Origin: Eledone cirrhosa
Taxonomy: Eukaryota
Assembly: GCA_964016885.1 (NCBI GenBank)
Contig: OZ024753.1
Location: 7,936,001 to 8,000,000 of the forward strand
DNA length: 64,000 bases
Direction: 5' to 3'
Position numbers and translations under genes: made by a program
Part shown: piece by piece, positions 13,356 through 25,402 of the stretch
Position numbering within the stretch: position 1 is the stretch's first letter
Layout of the letters: each line of letters opens with the position of its first letter
The notes under the pieces: generated by a model
What the model was told of the DNA's origin: nothing
The model's database searches: none
What the model saw: the letters and a program-made list of their open reading frames with translations, nothing else

Positions 13356-13702
13356 GGAGGCACATGGCTTAGTGGTTAGAGCATTGGCCTTGCAATCGAA
13401 AGGTTGTGAGTTCAATTCTCAGACCGGGTGATGTGTTATTTCCTTGAGCAAGGCACTTTATTTCACATTGCTCCAGTTTACTCAGCTATAGAAATGAGAT
13501 GATAGGGACTGGGGTCCCTATCATTCCACCGCAAAGTGGTCGTGTTGGTGCCACGGCAAAAAAGCACCCAGCACTCACTGTAAATGAGGTTGGTGTTAGG
13601 AAGGGCATCCATCTGTAGAAATCAAGCCAGAATCAGTTCCCGTCCCACCCTTGCAAGCAGGGAAAACTGGACGTAAAATGATGAAGATGATGATGATGAT
13701 GA
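13356..13702 (+). mobile_element. SINE-A copy
   Basis: Full-length homology to 4029-4375. Confidence 0.93.
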
Positions 13703-13911
13703 TTATTATTATGGAATGTATATTAGTGTCTTCTGTGAAGATATCAGTGATGTCTTAATATCACCGCCCACTGTAAGATATCTCTATGCAATCATTGATA
13801 TATCCTTTGCAGATATCTATATCATGTTGTGTGTCAATGGAAATAGAGATACTTTTGAAATCACTTCTATTACTTAATATATTTCGACTTTATAAGCAGC
13901 CTTATTGACAA

Positions 13912-13972
13912 ATGTGTGTACACACACACATATATGTACACACACACATATATATACACACACATACTGGTA

Positions 13973-14017
<45 letters not shown>

Positions 14018-14027
14018 TTGCATATAT

Positions 14028-14073
<46 letters not shown>

Positions 14074-14090
14074 GCATATATGTATGTGTA

Positions 14091-14141
<51 letters not shown>

Positions 14142-14248
14142 TTGTATACACATATATCTATACACATGTATATATATACATACATACACATTTCTACACA
14201 CATATACTAGTATCATAATCATCATTGATTAACGTCCATCTTCCATGC

Positions 14249-14282
<34 letters not shown>

Positions 14283-14362
14283 TATAAACATATATCTATA
14301 CACTTGTGTATATATATATATATATACACACACACTTGTATACACATATATCTATACACTTG

Positions 14363-14408
<46 letters not shown>

Positions 14409-14535
14409 TTTCTACACATATAGGCTGATATATGTCGATATATGTATGCACATATATCTATATATTGATAGACATGCATATATATACACATTTCTACACA
14501 TATAGACTGATATATGTATACACACACACACACAT
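13912..14535. repeat. TA/CA compound microsatellite
   Basis: Direct inspection. Confidence 0.9.
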
Positions 14536-14762
14536 GTTTGTGTATGTACCTAAAGAGTTTTTGCTATCTTTCGTCTTTCATTTCTGTTAATCAGAAAGTT
14601 CAGAAATCAATTTGAGTATAGCACTTATCTAGGCTTCCATCTAAACTTAACAGGTTTACTCTTCCTGTCATCGCATTGCTGTTCATAGGAATGTGAGACA
14701 TCAAATACCTTAGACATGTAATTTAGCTTCAAAATCAATATATTTCATTTGGAAAACTCTAG

Positions 14763-14797
<35 letters not shown>

Positions 14798-15242
14798 AGA
14801 AAAAAAAAATTTCAATACTGTAAGCAATAATTATGATAATGAAAACATTTAAGAAAGGGAGGTAATTGAATTTCCTAGGAATTATAGCTTTTTTGTAATT
14901 CCGTAGATGTCTTTTTTTCCACATTCCCCTCTCTCTACTTCTAATTCAATACTGTGGTAGTTTAAAGCAGTTTAAGTTCAATGATATTAACTTTGGAATA
15001 CTGGAGATCACAGAAGAGATAAAATATATATATTCTAACTATTGGAACTTGCTAAAATGTTGTTTATGTAGTAAATAGGGAATGTACAAGCTTGACTCTC
15101 TAGCAGAGTAGAGTAAACTTATGAATATTCATATATGTGTGTTGACAGAAAAGTTCATAGGCAGACCCTGACCAAGATACTCTCATGGAATGACGAAATG
15201 AGGTTTACTTCTCAACATGGTCCCAGGAAAAAAAACTATGTA

Positions 15243-15590
15243 CAGTATTTCCTGGCATCGAAGACGCTACTTTTTTTCCTGAAATTAGTCTCAAAAATTT
15301 ACCATGCGTCCTGGAGGCCGAAGGTTGTTTATTGGCAGTATCGGTAGAGAATTGGACGCCATGCTTTGCAACAAAGAGTTACGGTCCTTTATGGTCTGAG
15401 TTCAAATCCCGCCGAGGTTAACTTTGCCTTTCATCCTTACGGGGTCGATAAAATAAAGTACCAGTAATGTACTGAGATAATTGCTGGCCTTGTGTCAAAA
15501 GTAGAAACAATTATTTTATTTAAAATTTTTGGTTGTCAAAATTAGAGTGCATCCTCGAGGACGAAGTATCTTCGGTGCCAGGAAATACGG
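15243..15590. mobile_element. Tc2/Tigger-like MITE containing a SINE-B (15331-15515)
   Basis: TIRs CAGTATTTCCTGGCATCGAAGA / TCTTCGGTGCCAGGAAATACGG with TA flanks; SINE-free inverted copy at 27137-27305. Confidence 0.85.
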
Positions 15591-15644
15591 TAGTCATTTC
15601 TTCTCTTGCATTCATTCCTCTGAATGTATTTTCTTCCTTAATAT

Positions 15645-15808
15645 ACAAGGGTCAGCTGAAACCTTCATAGACTGACCAAGATACTCTCATGGAAAGAAAC
15701 AAGCAGTTATTAATAAAAAGAGTTGTAATAACTGTATGCAAGTCAAGATTTCACAGCAATTGCATCACTCCTTCATAGTCAGCCAATTAACTTTTCAGCC
15801 GACACTCA
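15645..15808. mobile_element. mariner-like MITE
   Basis: GGGTCAGCTGAAACCTTCATAGACTGAC ... GTCAGCCAATTAACTTTTCAGCCGACACTC; related copies at about 15138, 30597, 44164 and 58319. Confidence 0.7.
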
Positions 15809-15816
15809 TCATTTAA

Positions 15817-16146
15817 TCATCATCATCATCATTTTACGTCCACTTTTCCCTGCTTGCAAGGGTGTGATGGGAACTGATGCTGGCTTGATTTCTACAGCTG
15901 GATGCCCTTCCTAACACCAACCTCATTTACAGTGAGTGCTGGGTGCTTTTTTGCCGTGGCACCTCCATGACCACTTTGCAGTGGAATGATAGGGACCCCA
16001 GTCCCTATCATCTCATTTCTACAGCTGAGTAAACTGGAGCAATGTGAAATAAAGTGTCTTGTTAAAGGAAACAACACATCACCTGGTCTGAGAATTGAAC
16101 TCACAACCTTTCGATTGCAAGCCTAACCACTAAGCCATGTGCCTCC
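15817..16146 (-). mobile_element. SINE-A copy
   Basis: Reverse-complement homology. Confidence 0.93.
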
Positions 16147-16495
16147 AGATATATATATGGTTTGGTCCAGATATATGTGAGGTTTGGTTTAAAAGTTCAT
16201 AGGCTGACACAGACACACTTACAAAAATATACACACACACATATTCACACACACACACTTATACAAACACACACATACACTCACACACAGCATAGTTTTT
16301 TCCACCATCACCTCCCTTCCTTTTATACACACGAAGATACCGTTAAGGGTGAAAGCAGCGATTATTTGCTAAAGCTTTAATCTGTTATTTTAATAAATAC
16401 TTGCTCTACTGTTTATATATATATTTTATATATATAATATTCTTATCGAGCCTTCTCTGGATTTTAGTCTTCATATTTATCATTATTACTTTATA

Positions 16496-17022
16496 TCATC
16501 ATCATCATTTTCATCATCATCGTTTAATGTCTATCTTCCACGCTAGCATGGGTTAGACGGAAATTGTCCCATTTGAGGCAAGATTGGTCAGGTGACCCTG
16601 TCTCGTTCATATAGGACTATCTGGCAGGTTTTCTACGGCTGGATGCCCTTCCTAACACCAACCATATTTACAGTGTGGACTGGGGGCCTTTTTACTGTGT
16701 CTACTACACAACCACTTTACAGTGTGGACTGGGGGCCTTTTTATTGTGTTGACTACATGACCACTTCACAGTGTGGACTGGGGGCCTTTTTACTGTGTTG
16801 CCTACATGACCACATTACAACGTGGACTGGGGTCTTTTTACCGTGTCTCCTACACAACCACTTTACAGTGTGGACTGGGGGCCTTTTTACCGTGTCTACT
16901 ACACAACCACTTTACAGTGTGGACTGGGGGCCTTTTTACCGTGTCTACTACACAACCACATTTCAGTGTGGACTGGGAGCCTTTTTACTATGTTGCATAC
17001 ATGACCACATTAGTGTGGACTG
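16496..17022 (-). mobile_element. RTE 3' UTR with an internal 49-bp tandem array (about 7 copies, 16660-17022)
   Basis: CAGTGTGGACTGGGGGCC at 16671, 16720, 16769 and onward; (CAT)n tail; homology to 10975-11198. Confidence 0.88.
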
Positions 17023-17339
17023 TGTATTTTTATTTTATTTTATTTTATTTTATTTTATTTTATTTTATTTTATATATATATATAGAGAGAGAGATGTGTG
17101 TATTCCAACATGGACACTTTCTCTGGGCTACAATATGTAGATGTATGTTTATGAATTATTATTTCTTTTTTAAATAAAGTACCAGTAATGTACTGGTTAT
17201 TTGCTGGCCTTGTGCCAATAGTAGAAACAATTATTTCTTTTTTAAAAACTCTGAAAAAATCACAACAAAGTTAAAGCTAGGAATTAAACTGACAGAAATG
17301 TTTGAATTAAAATCTTAACTGGTAGCTTTCTCCCTCTTA

Positions 17340-17993
<654 letters not shown>

Positions 17994-18626
17994 TATCCAG
18001 CCAGTGGTTATCTATGTATTCATGTTTATGTCCAAATGTGATGGCTTTCTCAACCAAATTGGTTTTATCTGTCCACAAAGTTTCCTCCATACACATGCAA
18101 GAGGCTTTTAAGGCAAGTGAGAGATTTGTAAGTCCACTGATAGACATGACAGATGGAAGTAGATAATACAGATGAAGTGTTGTTACTAGCTTGTTCTTTC
18201 AGAGAGTGTTTTTATATACATACTCATATATATACTTAATACATATATATACACATATACACACACACATACATATACATATAGACATAGACATATATAC
18301 ATATATACATACATAGACATATGCACACATACATATATATACACAAACATATACATACACATATACATATAGATATAGACATACACACATATACATATAT
18401 ATATACATGCACATATACACACATCTACACATACATGCACACATACATGCACACACACACACACATACATATATACACACATACATACACACAGATATAC
18501 TCACACATACACACATACTTACAAACACACATACATACACACATGAATATATATACATATATATACATACACACATAAATATATATATATATATATATAC
18601 ATACATACATACATACATACATACAT

Positions 18627-18933
18627 GGTGGCTGCCAACTCGTTTTCGAGCACGGCCACTACTTTATATCCATGTAGGAGAACCCCTACCGATGCGCTGA
18701 ACGAGTGTGACTTTTTAGTCCAGCCAGCGACTTGAAAACTCTGGTACAAACACTACACTTGTGACAATTATTGACACATAGTGCTGGGCCCATGGTACCA
18801 TGTGACGACAAGTGCAGAGAGATCTCCAGATATAAATCAATGCCTGTGCTGTGAAGCTTTTATAGTGAACAAAGGCACTGCACAAAGCCAGTCCCACTCT
18901 CTTAACCAAGATGATATTTACCAAAAAGAACAA
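18627..18933 (+). mobile_element. Unique GC-richer insert between (CATA)n tracts; probable retrotransposon 5' end
   Basis: Sharp boundaries with (CATA)n on both sides; adjacent to an R4-like 3' end. Confidence 0.4.
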
Positions 18934-18965
18934 CATACATACATACATACATACATACATACATA

Positions 18966-19018
18966 CCAGGAAGGTGGCCGGTCAAAAAAATATACTCGAA
19001 ATTAAGAGAAAGATAAAT
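18966..19018 (+). mobile_element. 3' terminus of the R4/Dong-like element
   Basis: CCAGGAAGGTGGCCGGTCAAAAAAATATACTCGAAATTAAGAGAAAG nearly identical to 3397-3443; flanked by (CATA)n. Confidence 0.85.
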
Positions 19019-19207
19019 CATACATACATACATACATGTATACAAACAAATATACATACACACGCGTATACATATACACATATATACACACATACATATG
19101 TGTATGTTATATACAAAAATTGCTAAAATCTATTAAAATGGGTCTAAGTTGTGAAGCTATTGGTTTTTCTTTCACTTCAGCCATAAACGAATGAGAACAC
19201 AGCAAAA

Positions 19208-19332
19208 TAATTGTTTCTACTTTTGGCACAAGGCCAGCAAATACCCAGTGCATTACTGGTACTTTATTTTATCGACCCCGTAAGGATGAATGGCAAAGTT
19301 AACCTCGGCGGGATTTGAACTCAGACCATAAA
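19208..19332 (-). mobile_element. SINE-B, 5'-truncated
   Basis: Homology; flanked by a GAACACAGCAAAATAAT direct repeat. Confidence 0.85.
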
Positions 19333-19522
19333 GAACACAGCAAAATAATATATTTTATTAAACGGTGTATATATTTTGGAACTCACAGTATGGAGATGTA
19401 TCTACTCTTCTAGAATATGTTTACAGCTAGGTGAACTGAGTCATCTGCGAGTCTATGTATGTGCATATATATATATATATAAAAATGGCATAGACATTAC
19501 AATACAACGGGAGGAAACATAA

Positions 19523-19574
19523 TAGTACCACTGATGATGTCACAGATGTGTGATGAAAGAGCTTTGATAGACTA
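19523..19574 (+). ncRNA. Minimal hammerhead motif (family D), partly decayed
   Basis: TAGTACCA-CTGATGA-T-GTCACA GATG TGTGAT-GAAA-GAGC-TT-TGATAGACTA. Confidence 0.5.
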
Positions 19575-19769
19575 TATATATATATATATATCTGTATTTT
19601 TAAACATTGGTCAATCAATGATAAACACTGATTGTCAGATAAATTAACTTTGGAGATATAAAAGATACGGAAGCGAAAACTATTCCAAACCAAACAGTGA
19701 GTGTGTTTTATTATTATTTCTGGCAATATTATAACAATATGACTCTCCTTAAATATATATATATATATA

Positions 19770-20165
19770 GTGAGGGAAAAGTGGTAAGGAACCAGGTGGA
19801 CCATAACGCACCAAAGTACTCAATACTTAGGGTAGTAGAGTGGGTAATACGAGTAAGTAAGACCCCGACGGCTGAGCTCAAGCCGTTTCGACGGCTAATT
19901 CTGTACTGAATGAAAAATCAGTTCTGGTATTTAAATAGCCGAACTTGTCAAGGGGCAATTCCATATATGGTCAAAGAGATAATCACCAGGATTGGTCATC
20001 CCACAAGGTAGTAGTAATTCAGCGATGGCAAATTGCCAGTAGGAGAAACGGGGAGAGGGGGTGGAATAGACACATTCATGCGTTGGTGGTGCCAGCTACA
20101 GCTGGGTGTGAGGTCAAAGAGGAAGCAGGGGAGGGGGAGGGGAGGAGGTCAATACGGTAAGTAGA
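19770..20165 (-). mobile_element. Penelope-like/retrozyme-like element, family B, with decayed long-stem-II hammerhead (19861-19947)
   Basis: Minus strand GCCCC-TTGACAA-GTTCGGCTA...TAGCCGTC-GAA-ACGGCT TGAGCTC AGCCGT-C-GGGGT; tail shared with 22801 and 43407. Confidence 0.6.
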
Positions 20166-20327
20166 ATGATGAAAATGTAAAACTGTAAAAGGTACTGAGA
20201 GAGAAAAGAAATATAAGCGGAATCAGGTTACTAAGAAATAGGCTGAAGAAATACATAAATAAGTAAATAAGATATACAAAAATAATATTCCACATAAGTA
20301 AATAAGAAATACAAAATATATATATAT

Positions 20328-20673
20328 GGAGGCATATGGCTTAGTGGTTAGAGCATTGGCCTTGCAATCGAAAGGTTGTGAGTTCAATTCTCAGACCGGG
20401 TGATGTGTTGTTTCCTTGAGCAAGACACTTTATTTCACATTGCTCCAGTTTTCTCAGCTGTAGAAATGAGATGATAGGGACTGGCGTCCATATCATTCCA
20501 CTGCAAAGTGGTCGTGGAGGGGCAACGGCAATAAAGCACCCAGCACTCACTGTAAATGAGGTTGGTGTTAGGAAGGGCATCCAGCTGTAGAAATCAAGCC
20601 TGAATCAGTTCCTGTCCCACCCTTGCAAGTAGGGAAAAAGCAGACGTAAAATGAAATGAATGATGATGATGAT
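20328..20673 (+). mobile_element. SINE-A copy
   Basis: Full-length homology. Confidence 0.93.
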
Positions 20674-20694
20674 AAATATAAGGAAAAGAGAAAT

Positions 20695-20835
20695 AACAAC
20701 ACGATTGGTACAGTATATGGAAGGAATAAATTAGTTTAACGCTTGAAAAAGCAGGAAGAGGGCCTTAACGTTTTGGACGCTAGTCTTTCACCAGAAAAAA
20801 GAATGAGAAATTAGAAAGATTGAAGGGGCAGGCTA
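20695..20835 (-). mobile_element. Penelope-like pLTR fragment, family C
   Basis: Reverse complement of 4490-4645; CTGGTGAAAGACTAGCGTCCAAAACGTTAA. Confidence 0.6.
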
Positions 20836-21477
20836 GGCTGAAGGTTGTCCAGTGAATTACTGGTGTTTGTACCAAAGCAAACACTCTAGGCGAAATGCAC
20901 AGATACACAATAAATATTTTTTATATGTAAACGAAACTCCAATGATTATGATGATGATATATACAGCCTAGCATGGAAAATGGACATTAAACAATGATAT
21001 GGGACAACTCATCTAACCCATGCCAGCATAGAAAATGGATGTTAAACAATGATGATGATTATATATGTATGCCAGTGGCTGGAGGCTTACAATATTCATT
21101 CTGTCTCCTCTTCAAAGCTGGACTTTTCTGTTTAGGTTAACTTTGCTTTTGATATTTAGGTGCGGGGTTTTGTTAACCAAACAATTCTTCTTACCTCTCT
21201 CATATATAACCATGCAATTCACAATGATAGAGTTTTATGACTCCTGTATGTGTGTTACCTAGAACCTCTGATTGAATAGATTAGTCACCTAATGACTGCC
21301 GATAGGATAAAACTTGAATAATTATGCTATGATGTTTTAAATTCTAATTTATTAATAAATAAATTCTCTTGTGTAAATATTTCTATCACTTTCTTGTTTA
21401 ACATCATGTAAATTATATTGAGAATATGTTCAAAATAGGTTATTTCTGAGTGAATATATACATTCTTGACATACCTT

Positions 21478-22045
21478 GAAGGTGTATGACTTAGTGATTA
21501 ACCCTTTAGTATTTACATTAATCTATATATACTATTGTATTTTTGTGGTAAAGGTTTTATCTTACATAATTATCTCACATAATATCGAATCTATGAGATT
21601 TTGATGTTATTTATTTTGAAAACAATACCTTAGCATCACGAATAACCAGTTACAGCCAGTTTTTATCTCACATAATATCGAATCTATGAGATTTTGATGT
21701 TATTTATTTTGAAAACAATACCTTAGCATCACGAATAACCAGTTACAGCCAGTTTGAACAGAAAGAGGTGAGAGAAATCTGGTTGGATATGACCAGTTTA
21801 AAGGATAAAGGGTTAAGGAATAAGATTTGCAATTGTGAGGTTTCAAGTTTGATTCCTGGACCAGGTGATGCATTTTGTTCTTGAGCAAGACACTTTATTT
21901 GACGTTGATCTTTCTGCCAAGAGTTGTGACCAGTAGATAGTATCAGCAATGGAAGAAACTAATGGAAACATCATTTCCTTGTTCTGATTTGATAAGCTCC
22001 ACCTGATTCAGTAAACGAATGTGGTCGGGGAGCTTGTCAAGTGAT
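21478..22045 (+). mobile_element. Old CORE-SINE (different body) interrupted by a piggyBac-like MITE
   Basis: Head GAAGGTGTATGACTTAGTGATTAA resumes at 21817; CORE TTGAGCAAGACACTTTATTT; body homologous to 31010-31130 and 56850-56948 (minus). Confidence 0.7.
21502..21812 (+). mobile_element. piggyBac-like MITE with an internal duplication of about 90 bp
   Basis: TTAA|CCCTTTAG ... TAAAGGG|TTAA. Confidence 0.85.
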
Positions 22046-22078
22046 CCCTTTGTTCTATATATATATTCAAATATTTAA

Positions 22079-22305
22079 CCCTTTAGCAATTACATTACTC
22101 TATTTTATACTATTGTATTTTCATGGTAAAGACTTTATCTCATATAATATCGAATCTTTGAGATTTTGATGTTATATATTTTGAGAACAATAACTTAACA
22201 TCACTATGAGCAGCCAGTTACAGCCAATTTGAACAGAGAGAGGTGAGAGAATTCTGGCTGGATACAGCCAGTTTAAATGCTAAAGGCTTAAATGCTAAAG
22301 GTTTA
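22079..22305 (+). mobile_element. piggyBac-like MITE with duplicated right TIR
   Basis: TTAA|CCCTTTAGCAATTA ... TAAATGCTAAAGG twice. Confidence 0.85.
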
Positions 22306-22354
22306 AATGAAAAATACTTGCTATTATAATGTGTCCCACCCCACTCATTCGAGA

Positions 22355-22404
22355 AGATCCCTGACATCATTCACTTGCCGATAAGTGAATGATGTCAGGG
22401 ATCT
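22355..22404. other. Perfect 22-bp hairpin with a 6-nt loop
   Basis: AGATCCCTGACATCATTCACTT-GCCGAT-AAGTGAATGATGTCAGGGATCT. Confidence 0.9.
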
Positions 22405-22649
22405 AACTATGACACACTTTATATTTCAAGTTATCCAGCATGTTGTGTAGTTCAATCCAATCCAGAGCCTTCTCATTCCTTTTGGAGGAAGCTCTCCCTG
22501 GTTGACCTCCACTGATTTCTGTTTGGTTTTGATCATGTCTCTAGGGGTATAACCATTTTCATCACACTTTAATAAGATGCTGCTTTAGGCTGAAAGAAGA
22601 AATTATTTGTTTAAACTTTTAATCTGTACTAATAATAATAATAATAATA

Positions 22650-22758
22650 ATAATTGTTTCTACTTTTGGCACAAGGCCAGCAATTATCCCAGTGTATTAC
22701 TGGTACTTTATTTTATCGACCCCGTAAGGATGAAAGGCAACGTTAACCTCGACGGGAT
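22650..22758 (-). mobile_element. SINE-B, 5'-truncated
   Basis: Homology. Confidence 0.85.
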
Positions 22759-22766
22759 AATAATAA

Positions 22767-22800
<34 letters not shown>

Positions 22801-22801
<1 letters not shown>

Positions 22802-23009
22802 CGGAGGAAATGTGGTAAGGAACCAGGTGGACCATAACGCACCAAAGTACTCAATACTTAGGGTAGTAGAGTGGGTAATAGGAACGAGTAGGACCCCGAC
22901 GGCTGAGCTCAAGCCATTTCGACGGCTAATAATATATATATATCATCATTTTGAGTTCAGAATTAGCCGTCGAAACGGCTTGAGCTCAGCCGTCGGGGTC
23001 CTACTCGTT

Positions 23010-23014
<5 letters not shown>
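22801..23014. mobile_element. Family B fold-back element between (TA)n tracts
   Basis: About 22878-22930 inverted at about 22962-23014. Confidence 0.8.
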
Positions 23015-23047
<33 letters not shown>

Positions 23048-23334
23048 CCAGATCAGTTCCTGTATGAGCAAGGCATGGTCAGCCGACCAGACACTGCCCA
23101 CAACAGGACAACCCGTCTAACCCATGCTAGCGTGGAAGAACGGACGTAAAACGGTGATGATGATGATGATGATATATATATATATATATCAAAGGGATAT
23201 ATTGAGTTAGAAACTCAAAATAGTCTCTTACCATTAAATAGCTCAAAGAAAGAGGCTTGCGATTTGAACACATGTATGTTTATATCTGTGTTTATCTCTC
23301 TTTTATATTCAATTATATATATATATATATATAT

Positions 23335-23650
23335 CATCATTTTGCGTCCTCTTTTCCCTACTTGCAAAGGTGGGGGCGAGAACTGATTCTGGCTTGATTT
23401 CTACAGGTGGATGCCCTTCCTAACACCAACCTCAGTTACAGTGAGTGGTGGATGCTTTTTTGCCGTGGCACTTAGCAGTGGAATGATAGGACCCAGTCCC
23501 TATCATCTCATTTCTACAGCTGAGTAAACTGGAGCAATGTGAAATAAAGTGTCTTGCTCAAGGAAACAACACATCACCCGGTCTGAGAATTGAACTGACA
23601 TCCTTTCGATTGCAAGGCCAATGTTCTACTAACCACTAAGCCATGTGCCT
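23335..23650 (-). mobile_element. SINE-A copy
   Basis: Homology. Confidence 0.9.
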
Positions 23651-23899
23651 ATATATATATATATATATAAATAAGGAAAAGAAATCGAAAATACAAGTCT
23701 TTTTAAGAATATTTATTTATTTCCTTTACTGGTTTCACAGTTCTTATGCTTTTTAAAAGTAGGATTGAGATGGACGATTTGTGGTTTTTCTCACAGAGAA
23801 ACCACAAAACCTCCATATATGTATGTGTGTGTTTGTGTGTATATGTATATATATGTGTGTGTGTATATGTATATATATGTGTGTGTGTATATGTATATA

Positions 23900-24082
23900 T
23901 ATTTGATTTGCAAGGTTTTTTTATATAAAATCGTGTGTCGAAACAAATATTGTTATGCTTGGGGAGGGTCATATTGTTATAATATTGCCAGATTTATAAT
24001 TATTTTCATCTCTCCTGCTATTGTTATTGTTGTTTTTGGCAATATTATAACAATATGACCCTCCCCAAGTATAACAATATAT
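23900..24082. mobile_element. Family D fold-back element
   Basis: ATATTGTTATGCTTGGGGAGGGTCATATTGTTATAATATTGCCA (about 23947-23990) inverted at about 24037-24080; related to 19720-19752 and 42730-42975. Confidence 0.7.
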
Positions 24083-24419
24083 ATATGTAATAGAGAGAGA
24101 GAGATAATTAGTATAGGTAGATGATGGTAAATATATTAATAGTAAGCTAAGAGGATACGAGTATATTTTCATTTCAAGTTATATTTGTCTATTGATTTCA
24201 ATGAGTCTATATTAAATTTGGCATCGCTGTTAAAGGGACAAGTAGCACTCTATTTAGCATTAAAGTGTTGAGTAGAAACTTCTGAATCATAAATTTCCCC
24301 AAGAGATTATTTATTTCAGCTTCTATCAATGCATTATCCAACTGTCTACAAATATTTAATTGTTCCTAACTAAGAATCTTGGTCAATAACCTTTTCATGA
24401 TCAAGTGTGTACACGCTTC

Positions 24420-24633
24420 ATTGGAATGGCAGTATCAGTAAAGGGTTGGATGCCATGCTTTGCATCATAGAGTTACGCCCCTTTACGGTCTGAGTTCTAA
24501 TCTGACTGAGGTTAAATGTGCTGTTCATCCTTACGAGGTCGATAAAATAAAGTACCAGTAGCGTACTGGGGTCGATTTAATCGACTTTCCCCTCCCCCTC
24601 AAATTACTGGCTTTGTGCCCAAAAAGTAGAAAC

Positions 24634-24636
<3 letters not shown>
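24420..24636 (+). mobile_element. SINE-B (longer subfamily)
   Basis: Homology plus a GGGGTCGATTTAATCGACTTTCCCCTCCCC segment. Confidence 0.85.
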
Positions 24637-24677
<41 letters not shown>

Positions 24678-24678
24678 T

Positions 24679-25050
24679 TAGTCTTGCCATTGTGCACTTT
24701 TACTTGAGCTTATTGTAACCCCCACTGTCCATGTCTTTGTACTGTCCCCTACATGTCTGCCCTTGTGGTCAATAAATGAAATCATTATTATTATTATTTG
24801 GGAGAGGGCACTTGCCCTGGTGGTCAGGGTCACCGTAGCTTTTTTAATGGGCTTTCTCCACGATGGCCCTCGGAAGTCTCCCCTCTATCGGGGAATTTTT
24901 CATTGTTTCTTTTTTTGTTACATCCTCTGTTTTTTTTGTTTTTTTTTACAAGCAGAAATGCCCATTTGTACCGTTCTGTATTGTCCTGTACTGTCATTAA
25001 TGTCTACTTTGTGTAAACCCTTGTGGTTAATAAAGAAAGCATTATAATTA
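24679..25050 (+). mobile_element. Two L1/Tx1-like 3' UTR ends within (TTA)n
   Basis: CCCTTGTGG.(C/T)AATAAA endings at about 24760 and 25018; near-identical copy of the first at 25435-25560. Confidence 0.55.
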
Positions 25051-25070
25051 TTATTATTATTATAATAATA

Positions 25071-25402
25071 TGATCTGAGTTCAAATCCCGCCGAGGTTGA
25101 CTTTGCCTTTCATCCTTACGGGGTCGATAGAATAAAGTACCAGTAATACACTGGGTAATTGCTGGCCTTGTGCCAAAAATAGAAACAATTATTATTATTA
25201 TTATAAGGGCGGTGGATTGGCAGTATCAGTAGAGGGTCGGACGCCATGCTTTGACGCACAGAGTTACGGCCCTTGCCATTCTGAGTTCAAATCCCGCCGA
25301 GGTTGACTTTGCCTTTCATCCTTTACGGGGGTCGATAAAATAAAGTACCAGTAATACACTGGAGTGATTGCTGGCCTTGTGCCAAAAAGTAGAAACAACA
25401 AT
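25071..25402 (+). mobile_element. Two tandem SINE-B copies
   Basis: 25071-25195 truncated; 25208-25402 full. Confidence 0.88.
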
